A stretch of 64,000 nt of DNA from Macrostomum lignano (lineage: Eukaryota). The notes under the pieces are model-generated. The model was given only the letters and a program-made list of their open reading frames with translations. It made no database searches and was not told the origin of the DNA. The position numbers and the translations under genes were made by a program. The number at the start of each line of letters is the position of its first letter. The stretch's first letter is position 1. Positions 12,740-28,500 of this stretch are shown here, one piece after another. The DNA lies in NCBI GenBank assembly GCA_002269645.1, contig NIVC01001547.1:124001-188000 (forward strand). Direction: 5' to 3'.

Positions 12740-16716
<3,977 letters not shown>

Positions 16717-17004
16717 GATAATGACCGTCAAAAATGCCCTGGAAGTATTACCAATGGTGTCTTCAGTTAAGTTGCAACTTGTTGTCGACCAGAAGCACTC
16801 GAAGTAACACCCCCACCCCTACCTGCTGTTTTATTTCCACAGGTGCCTGGCTAAACTTAGATAAGATAAAAATTATCGTGCCTTTGGATTTACTAACATT
16901 TGTTTAAATTTGTACAATTGTATATATGAATATGCATACGTACTCCTGGACTATAGTGGACAGATGACTGACGAACTCTCGAAGTATTGCCGACATGTGA
17001 TTAA

Positions 17005-17420
17005 AAGTCCCTGAAGTACCTGAGACTGATCCGTAAAATCCCCTGAAGGACCCGAGACAGCTCAGTAGGGAACACCTGAAGTATTTCAGACAGTTGGCTG
17101 AGAAGCCCCTGAAGAATGAGAGACAACTTAGTAGGGAACCCCTGAAGAACCAGAGACAGCTCAGTAGGGAACCCCTGAAGAACCAGAGACAGCTCAGTAG
17201 GGAACCCCGGAAGGATCAGAGAAAAGTTCAGTAGGGAACCCCTGAAGGACCAGAGACACCTCAGCAGGGAACCGCTGAAGAACCTGAGACAGCTCAGTTG
17301 GAACCCCTGAAGGACCTGAGACAGCTCAGCAGGGAAACCCTGAAGGACCTGAGACAGCTCAGCAGGGAACCCCTGATGCATTGTAGACAGCTGGCGGAGA
17401 AGTCCATGAACTATCATAGA
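17005..17420. repeat. ~33-bp minisatellite (gaacccctgaaggacctgagacagctcagtagg)n
   Basis: About 11 tandem units between the myosin 3' region and the KYNU 5' end. Confidence 0.9.
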
Positions 17421-18868
17421 AATTTAGCTTGAAATCCCCCCTGAAGTTCCGTGGGCAGCGGGCTGAAGAACCGCTAAAGAACTGCGCTTTAAAAAAAGAT
17501 AAGTGATCAAATTGAATCATAAGGCTTCGGATACTCAAAATTTATAGAAAACTGAGAAAAAACTTGAATTGTATGCATATATATTCCTGTTAACACAGTG
17601 TAATTTCAATTTAAATTTGCTTAATTAGAAGTCGTGCTTTTAAAAACGTGAATTTGACAACAAATAAACAAAAATTTACAGAGACAGTAATTTAATAAAA
17701 AAATGGAATTATAGGTTGTGTAGTGAGAGTGAGGCAGAATCACATAAACTAACAGAATTTGTGTGTTTAGCTTTCAATAAATCTTTAGTAGAGAAGTTGA
17801 TACACAAAAATTGTGAACAAAGCTGTTTCAAAGGAATGCGAGGCTTTTCAAAAAAATAGTCTATATTTTTCTTAAAAATGATAAACTTGAAGGCAAAAAC
17901 AGTTGTAAGAACAATTGGAATGTGCAGCAATATTGTGCTTGGAGATTACTTCGAATAACAGTTCAAATGATCTTTAAATGACTTATTATTAATTATAATA
18001 AAAACACAAATTTTCTTGCATTATTTATACAGTAAAATGTGTAATAACTACTTACTAAGTCAGTAGTGTAACTGCGCATGCTTAAAAGCAACAATGTTAA
18101 TTATTATTCGCGTAATTAAAACAGGGCACACAGAGAGATTTAATTTGGTAAGTCTTTATACAATAAAGTAATACTTGATGCGAATACTAATTATGTGAAT
18201 GACACTGTCGTGTGCAAGTATTTGCGACTTTGAGATTAACAAATCTGACACAAGAAAAGCCTCCTGGTAGTCTTAAAAGGATTCTGAAGATTTTTTATAG
18301 GATTATTGTGAACTCAGTTACTTGAGCTGGGAGTAAATCTTTGACAAGCGATGGGGAAAGAAGAGATAGTAGGGATAGGATAGGTGAGAGGGGAGAGGAG
18401 AGGAGAGGGGACAGGGGAGGAGAGGGAAGAGGAGAGGGGAGAAACATTTACAGTTTACAGATGTGCATATAAACAAGAATAAACATAAACAAACAATCCA
18501 AGCTGAGAGAAGTCTCAACCAGAGCCAAGACAGACAGCAATTCCAGATAAATGAAAAACACCACTATCAGGCACTCTGGATTACGCCAAAACGATAAGAC
18601 TTGCAACAGCTGTGTGACTAAAAAGACAGGAATCCGACTACAAGAAATTCGAATAACCAATATGTTTAATAATTGGCAATATTATTTCAGCCATAATTAC
18701 GAATAGAACAAAAGTTACTTGGCGCAACATATACGGTTTATAAGAGCCATAGTTAACATATTTCCGATATGTATCGATAATAACTTTCGCCAACAGATAA
18801 AACTTCTTTATGACTTCTTTATAGTAGCAAAAATAGCAAGTCAAAAAAGACCCAGCACGACCGCAGGA

Positions 18869-19004
18869 TCACAGATAGTATGTTTCAACATCTTGTCTAC
18901 CAGCCGGTCCTCCTTGAACTGGGATCGGTTGAGGCGGCGGCGGTGGCGGCCCAGCGACTGGCTGGCGGCTTGTGTTAATCAGCTGGGCAGACAGATTTCT
19001 ACTG
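18869..19004 (-). CDS. Candidate terminal exon of the myosin III gene (SRNLSAQLINTSRQPVAGPPPPPPQPIPVQGGPAGRQDVETYYL*)
   Basis: Acceptor ccccattgcag and a GC-rich Pro-rich open frame ending in TGA. It needs a phase-2 upstream exon that I could not identify unambiguously. Confidence 0.45.
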
Positions 19005-19177
19005 CTGCAATGGGGAATGGTGTTGGGGTTTTAAAGGTTATGATTAACTACTCAACCATCAGTAGTACATCAGCATTATATTTGTCAGTGACGTTGATAA
19101 TTGAGCCGACCAAGTGGAGAAACCAGTTTCATTGCAGCAGCAGCCACTGCCACACAACTTGCGCTCGGACGTAGGCC

Positions 19178-19247
19178 TATCTATCTATCTATCTACATGT
19201 ATCTATCTAAATGTATCTATCTATCTATCTATCTATCTATCTACATG

Positions 19248-19281
<34 letters not shown>

Positions 19282-19285
19282 CATG

Positions 19286-19323
<38 letters not shown>

Positions 19324-19327
19324 CATG

Positions 19328-19361
<34 letters not shown>

Positions 19362-19365
19362 CATG

Positions 19366-19407
<42 letters not shown>

Positions 19408-19445
19408 CCTATCTATCTATCTATCTATCTACCTATCTATCTATG

Positions 19446-19522
<77 letters not shown>

Positions 19523-19548
19523 GTCTATCTATCTATCTATCTATCTAC

Positions 19549-19583
<35 letters not shown>

Positions 19584-19633
19584 CCTATCTATCTATGTAT
19601 GTATGTATGTGTATGTATGTGTGTATCTATCTA
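19178..19633. repeat. (TATC)n microsatellite
   Basis: About 450 bp of TATC with interruptions. Confidence 0.97.
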
Positions 19634-20049
19634 TTCATGAAACTTCTGTGGCAGTGTCTGATGTTGCAGCAATTATTGGAGAGTCTCCACCTGATTTAAT
19701 TAATCATCAACTTTATTGACAAAAAACAATATATCAACACACCGGGTGAATTAAAAATATATATACACAAATATGCATATGAAAAAACTGTATACCAAAA
19801 ATCCTTATCTTCGAAACAAACTATAATAACACACCATCTTAAAACTGATTTTTTAAACAAACATGCAATGAAAAGAGAATGTGAAACGTGTTATTGAATA
19901 TTTTATCTTCATCCTTTGACAGACTAGATCATTTCCAATTCTGCACATTCCGCTGAAACCCTCGGTACGTCGGGGTTTGGCCCTCGTGACTGTGAATCGC
20001 AGGAAAACTCCCTCATCGACTAGCCAAAATTTCGTGCTCACAAGCTCCA

Positions 20050-20252
20050 AATGAATGTTCGACTCCCGATCCCACTCGGAACAATTTGTGTCCTTGAGCA
20101 AGACACTTAACTCTGCATTGCTTCAGTTCACCCAGCTGTAAAATGGGTGCCAGCATTAGCTGGGGTAATTGAGGGTGTGTGTGGCGACCCCTCAGGCAGT
20201 AGCTGCGGCTGAGCTGCCGGTTGCACATCTGCCCATTAGGGCAGGTGTAATA
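20050..20252 (+). mobile_element. SINE family 1 copy (5'-truncated)
   Basis: B-box remnant gttcgactcccg and a CORE/Meta-like central domain gtgtccttgagcaagacacttaac...ccagctgtaaaatgggt. The tail matches 53200-53260. Confidence 0.8.
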
Positions 20253-20393
20253 AAAAAGTCTAAACAAAGATTAAATCACACCATCATTATGAAAATGAAA
20301 TTATAAACCGACAATAACGCACACAAATAACCCCAATGACCATAAATCAGGCAACATGACAACTCAATAACATGAAATTAATAAATTAGAAAC

Positions 20394-22134
20394 CTTGGAG
20401 AATATTCGAATAGTTCGTTCTTGAGGCGCAAATCGAACGTGCTGTTGCTGCTGCTGCTGAAATCTCTGTTGCCCCCTGATAGCTGACAGAGCAAACCTGT
20501 TGCCTCCGCTACTACTAGAACTACTATGAGTAGGAGCAGCGGGTATCGCAGCTTTACTGGTTGACAACTGGTTAGCAACCAAGCTAGACGAAGGGAAACT
20601 ACTGTACAGACTGGACACCCTAGCAACTGGAGCACTGGATCCGGTTGCTAGGGACTTTTTCTCAGCAGCTTTGTGAGCTGGGAGACTGTAGCTCTTGCCG
20701 GACTGTTGACCGCTGCTATGAGTAGCTGCCTCCTCCTCTAGTTGGGAGAATTTCTTTACAAGATCCCTCACTGACACGGAGGTCAGGGATCTGTTGTTGT
20801 TTGAAAGGAGTTTTGGAACGCGAATCTCATGTAGTAAGGCACACGCATACTACTAAGTAGTAATATTTGCATACACAATAGGTAATAATAGGTTAAAAAT
20901 TCAAGATAGACATTTCAAAACTTTAAAGGCATTTTAACAAAATAATTTTCATTGAAACATTACCAACTTTGAAGAGTTCAATAAAAGTCTATTAAATCTC
21001 AAGTGTTTGAGAAGATTAGAAAATCTATAATCTCTAAAGGGGTGGTAGGGGCAAATTAGAAAATCGATAATCTCTAATGACGTGGTGGGGCAGATAAGAA
21101 AATCGATAATCTCTACTGGTGTGGTGGGGCAGATTAAAAAATCGATAATCTCTAATGGGGTGGTGGGGAAGATTAGAAAATCGATAATCTCTACTGGTGT
21201 GGTGGGGCAGATTAAAAAATCGATAATCATTGATGGTGTAGTGGGGCAGAGTAGAAAATCGATAATCATTGATGGGGTGGTGGGGCAGATTAGAAAATCG
21301 ATAATCTCTAATGGGGTGGTGGGGCAGATTAGAAAATCGATAATCTCTAATGGGGTGGTGGGGCAGATTAGAAAATCGATAATCAATGATGGGGCGGGGG
21401 CGGTAGGCTGACTAAAAAGACGATTGTCATTAGTGAGGCGATGGAGCAAATTAAAAAAATCGATAATCTCGAACACATGGACACTGCAAGACAGATAGCT
21501 CTAATACCAAATTTTGTGCAAGTCACTCACCTTGTGATCTTCAATTCGTGATGGAACTTTCTGTACGGACTGTCCCAGGCCGCTGCCGGGCTGCGATGGA
21601 TACTGGAAAAATCAGCGTATAATATAATAAACAGATGTGCAAATTAACAGATTAAAGCATTTACATTGTAGGAGACTTCGAAATCAATGCGTGCAATTTT
21701 AATGAATTTGTGTAGCAAGTCGTGAAATGCAATTTAAAAAAATGAATTCCTAGAACAATGATAATTAAAGGAAGCAGTACAACACAGAATTGTGCTTGTA
21801 CTCCGCCCTGCGCAGGGCCCTGCTTGGACTCAACCGCAGGGACATCAGGGCGGTGACCATGGCCCTCCCAGGTCATGTCTGTTTTGCCAGGCATTGGTCG
21901 GCCCAAACCTGGACCTCTTCGACGTTTTAAGGCTCTAGAACCTCTGCCAGCTCGTCCGCTACCTAAGGGCTACCGGGCGAGCGACAATCCACCTCCTGGA
22001 CTCTCCGGAGGGGGACCGCGCTGCGGACACCGGCACCACCGGAACTCCCTGCGCGACTATCCCTGATCTATCTATCTGTCTATCTATCTATCTGTCAATC
22101 TGTCTATCTATCTGTCAATCTGTCTATCTATCTG

Positions 22135-22189
<55 letters not shown>

Positions 22190-22302
22190 GTCTGTCTATC
22201 TATCTATCTATCTGTCTATCTATCTATCTATCTATCTGTCTATACATATATCTATCTATCTGTCAATCTGTCAATCTATCTGTCAATCTGTCTATCTATC
22301 TG

Positions 22303-22357
<55 letters not shown>

Positions 22358-22378
22358 GTCTGTCTATCTATCTATCTG

Positions 22379-22433
<55 letters not shown>

Positions 22434-22434
22434 G

Positions 22435-22504
<70 letters not shown>

Positions 22505-22558
22505 CATCTATCTATCTATCTATCCATCTATCTATCTATCTATCTGTCTGTCTATCTC

Positions 22559-22589
<31 letters not shown>

Positions 22590-25500
22590 TAGTGTCTGTC
22601 TGTCTGTCTGTCCATGTATCTCTGGACTGTATGTAAGTACACACTCTGTCCCTCAGGAATCGGGCTAATACGTTTTTGTGAATTTTATTGCAAAAGCGCT
22701 CAACAAAATGAATGATTGATTTTAATACAATGTTAGTCGTGAATTATCCATTTTCGACAATACAACAGGGTGTTTGGTTAATTGAAGATTTACAACATAC
22801 AATACAAGCGTGCACAGCTACTGACAGACAGTAGCAAGCGGCAGGCACTGACTTATCGTAAATGATTCGTCCAGCCTCGGAGGCCAGCAGAATTCGTTGA
22901 ATTTCCGCCCTGATCTCGCTTGAATTCAAATATTATAATTGATGGAGTATTCACAGCAATAGTGAATAAATTAGGTGAGCAGAGTGAGTGATATAATTAT
23001 GATTGTAAACGTTCACACACTATTTTTAAGAAAACGTGATCAGTTAGGTAATAAAATAAAAAGTTTAGGTCTATGTAAAGGAAATATTTTTTATCAAGAT
23101 GCACTGAAAAATATGGAATTGCTAAGACGCTAAGACGCACAGGGGGAATTGCTGGGATGCCAAGACTCACATGGGGAATTTCTGAAATGCCAAGGGCTTC
23201 AGGGGGAATTTCTGGGATGCCAAGACTCACAGGGGGAATCGCTGGGATGCCAAGGCTCACAGGGGGAATTGCTGGGATGCCAAGACTAACAGGGGGAATC
23301 GCTGGGATGCCAAGACTCACAGGGAGAATTGCTGAGATGCCAAGACTCACAGGGGGAATCGCTGGGATGCCAAGACTCACAGGGAGAATTGCTGAGATGC
23401 CAAGACTCACAGGGGGAATCGCTGGGATGCCAAGACTCACAGGGAGAATTGCTGAGATGCCAAGACTCACAGGGGGAATCGCTGGGATGCCAAGACTCAC
23501 AGGGGGAATCGCTGGGATGCCAAGACTCACAGGGGGAATTGCTGGGATGCCAAGACTCACAGGGGGAATTGCTGGGATGCCAAGACTCACAGGGGGAATC
23601 GCTGGGATGCCAAGACCCACAAGGGGAATCGCTGGGATGCCAAGACTCACAGGGGGAATCGCTGGGATGCCAAGACTCACAGGGGGAATCGCTGGGATGC
23701 CAAGACTCACAGGGGGAATCGCTGGGATGCCAAGACTCACAGGGGGAATCGCTGGGATGGCAAGACTCACAGGGGGAATTGCTGAGATGCCATGAGATAC
23801 CAAGACTCCCAAATGTGGTTGCTGATATCTTAGGCTTGTTAGCTGGCTATAGGGCAATACTATTAGTCTAGCAACTCAAAGCGGATCGTTAATGATTTCT
23901 ACAAAAAAATCTGTTAACACAACCAAAGCACTCACTTCTGTTTAGCCTGCTCCGAGACTCTATCGTAATAGGCCAGATGTTGCGGGTTGTTCACCGGAAC
24001 AACGCGGCTAGCTGGAGCTCCGACTGCCGTTGTTCTGCCCGAAGGCTGCCGCTGCTGCTGCTGCTGAACAGGAGGCTGTCTGTTGCTACTAACAACCGGA
24101 GGAGCAGTTACAGACGCCGCGGCCATAGCCTGAGCCCGTTCAACCATGCTCGAAGGTGGCGGGCCAGTCTCAAACTGGTGCGCCCCAATCTGAGCATAGT
24201 AGGCTGATAGTTCGGGCGAGATCAGACGCAATGGACCTGTTAGCAGGCTGTTGCTAGGCACGCCAACTCCGTTGCTAGCCACGCCGCCGCTGTGAGGATA
24301 TCGAGGCGACTGATGATGAGTCTGTGGCTGTTGGGAATATGGCTGATTCTGATGATGCTTCATCATCATCGACTGTTGAGGCTGAGGCTGCTGTTGTTGT
24401 TGCTGTTGGCGAAACAGCCGGTCGCGTTTTATCTTCCTGTACCGCTGACGTGCCAGGTGCCCTCTGGCCAGGCTCTGCAAGCCAATCACAAGTCGGCGAC
24501 GTCTGCGCAGTTCTACCTTGGCGCGCCACACCTGGGAGGGGGGGAGGGTGTAGAGGAGGGTAAAGCGGGAGTTTAGTTTATCCCACATCTGGAATCTTAC
24601 ACATGGAATGTAGTTTAGATTTGGAAACTTATTATGAAATCAATACTCGTATCTATAAACAAAAAATGGTCAGGAAAATCAGATCAGGAATCTCACCCTT
24701 AGAAACCTAATGTCAAACTGAGAATCTCACCCTTAGAAAACCAAAATCAGACTGAGAATGAGATCTCACTCTTAGAAAACCAAAATCAGACTGAGAATCT
24801 TACCTCTAGAAACCCCAAAATCAGACTGAGAATCTCACCCTTAGAAATCCAAAATCAGACTGAGAATCTCACCCTTAGAGATTCAAAATCAGACTGAAAC
24901 TCTCACCCTTAGAAAATCAAAATCAGACTGAGAATCTCAACCGTAGAAACCTAAAATCAGACTGAGAATCTCACCCTTAGAGATTCAAAATCAGACTGAA
25001 ACTCTCACCCTTAGAAAATCAAAATCAGACTGAGAATCTCACCCTTAGAAAACCAAAAATCAGACTGAGAATCTCACCCTTAGAAAACCAAAATCAGACT
25101 GAGAATCTCACCCTTAGAAAACCAAAATAAGACTGAGAATCTCACCCTTAGAAAACCAAAATCAGACTGAGAATCTCACCCTTAGAAAACCAAAAATCAG
25201 ACTGAGAATCTCACCCTTAGAAAACCAAAATCAGACTGAGAATCTCACCCTTAGAAAACCAAAAATCAGACTGAGAATCTCACCCTTAGAAAACCAAAAT
25301 CAGACTGAGAATCTTACCTCTAGAAACCCCAAAATCAGACTGAGAATCTCACCCTTAGAAATCCAAAATCAGACTGAGAATCTCACCCTTAGAAATCCAA
25401 AATCAGACTGAGAATCTCACCCTTAGAGATTCAAAATCAGACTGAAACTCTCACCCTTAGAAAATCAAAATCAGACTGAGAATCTCAACCGTAGAAACCT

Positions 25501-28500
25501 AAAATCAGACTGAGAATCTCACCCTTAGAGATTCAAAATCAGACTGAAACTCTCACCCTTAGAAAATCAAAATCAGACTGAGAATCTCACCCTTAGAAAA
25601 CCAAAATCAGACTGAGAATCTCACCCTTAGAAAACCAAAATCAGACTGAGAATCTCACCCTTAGAAAACCAAAAATCAGACTGAGAATCTCACCCTTAGA
25701 AAACCAAAATCAGACTGAGAATCTCACCCTTAGAAAACCAAAAATCAGACTGAGAATCTCACCCTTAGAAAACCAAAATCAGACTGAGAATCTCACCCTT
25801 AGAAAACCAAAAATCAGACTGAGAATCTCACCCTTAGAAAACCAAAATCAGACTGAGAATCTCACCCTTAGAAAACCAAAATCAGACTGAGAATCTCACC
25901 CTTAGAAAACCAAAATCAGACTGAGAATCTCACCCTTAGAAAACCAAAAATCAGACTGAGAATGAGAATCTCACCCTTAGAAAACCAAAATCAGACTGAG
26001 AATCTCACCCTTAGAAAACCAAAAATCAGACTGAGAATCTCGCCCTTAGAAAACCAAAAATCAGACTGAGAATCTCACCCTTAGAAAACCTAAAATCAGA
26101 CTGAGAATCTCACCCTCAGAAACCCAAAATCAGACGGGGAATCTCACCCTTAGAAACCCAAAATCAGACGGGGAATCTCACCCTTAGAAAACCTAAAATC
26201 AGACTGAGAATCTCACCCTTAGAGATTCAAAATCAAACTGAGACTCTCACCCTTAGAAAATCAAAATCAGACTGAGAATCTCACCCTCAGAAACCCAAAA
26301 TCAGACGGGGAATCTCACCCTCAGAAACCAAAAATCAGACTGAGAATCTATTAGATCTAGAAACTAAAAAACTGAAACTAAAACAAAATGAACAATTATA
26401 AAAAACCAAAACTTACACAGCTGCTATCGAGTGAAGTTCAATAATTAGTTTTAAAAATTTGATATTTCAAGGTTAATTTTAAATGAATAAAAAATCAAGA
26501 AAAAAACGTTCTCGCAAACAACAAGTCGAGCCTAGTTCTTAGCCGGGCGTTGAACCTAAATCTAATAACTAAACCACGGAGACTGAAATAGCAGCTCAAG
26601 ACTTTTATAGGCTAGTTGAGTTTGGTGTATGAGTGCACACAATAGAGCCTGAGAATGTGTATTTTTTACTCTAAAGAGCAAAAAGAGAAGCTGCATTGCA
26701 GACAGGCAGACTAGGGCTGCAGAGAAGTTACCCTATCCACGCCTGCTCTCAAGGCTTTTGAATAGACAGAAAAACACACCTATCTAAGAGGAGAGAAGAG
26801 CAAATTCAGCTTTTAGAAGCAAAATGCTGCGTACACTTGCCGCTTTTTCATAGGCTATTCATTTTGGAGACATTTTTAGAGGCTTTTTAAAATATAGCCA
26901 GAATATTCTTTGAGCTCTGCACTCCGCCTACGCTAAGGGCGATAATTTGACAAAGCAAATGATTCAAATTATTAAATGCAGCTAAACTAACCCAGGCAGA
27001 TTACTTAAACTTCACAGACCGTGATGAAATCTACTGACCCATCAAAACTGGACCTACCCTGACCCATTAAAACAAGACTAACGCTAAGCCATTAGAACTG
27101 GACCTACCCTGACCCATTAGAACTGGACCTACCCTGACCCATTAGAACTGGACCCACCCTGATCCATTGAAACTGGACCCACCCTGACCCTTTAGAACTG
27201 GACCTACCCTGACCCATTAGAAGTTGACCTACCCTGACCCATTATAACTCGACCCACTCTGACCCATTATAACTCGACCCACTCTGACCTATTAGAACTG
27301 GACCCACCCTGACCCATTAGAACTGGACCCACCCTGACCCATTAGAACTGGACCCACCCTGACCCATTAGAACTGGACCCACCCTGACCCATTAGAACTG
27401 GACCCACCCTGACCCATTAGAACTTGACCCACCCTGATCCATTGGAACTGGACCTACCCTGACCCATTAGAACTGGACCCACCCTGACCCATTAGAACTG
27501 GACCTACCCTGACCCATTAGAACTGGACCTACCCTGACCCATTAGAACTGGACCCACCCTGACCCATTAGAACTTGACCCACCCTGACCCATTAGAACTG
27601 ACTCAAAGCATCAACAAGGAGGCACATCTCACCTTAACCACCCGCCTAGCAGCCATCAGAGACCAGCGCATTTGTCTCAGCCGTCGCATTGCCAGCCACC
27701 TGCGCGCGGCGGCCTGACAGCGGGTCACAGCGGCCAGCAGATGCGCCCTCCGCCGAATCAACAGCTCAACATGATAATATTTGAGGAACACCTTGTGCCG
27801 ACCAACTAGCCAGCCGGTAAGACCGAGCTTCTTGAGCACAGTTCGGCATAGGTCCATAGCCGCTTGGCCGGCGGAGGCGCCCCGACTCACTGGGGAGAAA
27901 CCCAGCACCAGAGGCCCGTATTCGGCTAGGAATTCGCGGAAGCTCAGCCGATGCGAGTAGCCTTGGCGACGGATCTCAACAGTTTCGAGTACGCCCGTGT
28001 AGCGGAGCTGCTCCAGAACCTGGGCGAGGGAGGTTTAGGGCGATTCTTAGGTGTGGTTTAGGGCGATTCTTATGTTAGGTTGAGGGTGATTCTTAGGGTT
28101 TAGGGCGATTCTTATGGTAGGTTGAGGGTGATTCTTAGGGTTTAGGGCGATTCTTATGGTAGGTTGAGGGTGATTCTTAGGGTTTAGGGCGATTCTTAGG
28201 TGTGGTTTAGGGCGATTCTTATGTTAGGTTGAGGGTGATTCTTAGGGTTTAGGGCGATTCTTATGGTAGGTTGAGGGTGATTCTTAGGGTTTAGGGCGAT
28301 TCTTATGGTAGGTTGAGGGTGATTCTTAGGGTTTAGGGCGATTCTTATGGTAGGTTGAGGGTGATTCTTAGGGTTTACGGCGATTCTTATGGTAGGTTGA
28401 GGGTGATTCTTAGGGTTTAGGGCGATTCTTATGGTAGGTTGAGGGTGATTCTTAGGGTTTAGGGCGATTCTTATGGTAGGTTGAGGGTGATTCTTAGGGT

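Noticed and set aside
21875-22066. GC-rich block as an additional myosin exon ([23 protein letters not shown])
   Set aside because: The acceptor would be the end of a GATA repeat, and the likely donor gives phase 0 whereas the next exon needs phase 2. The flanking exons already join in frame. It cannot be excluded as an alternative exon.
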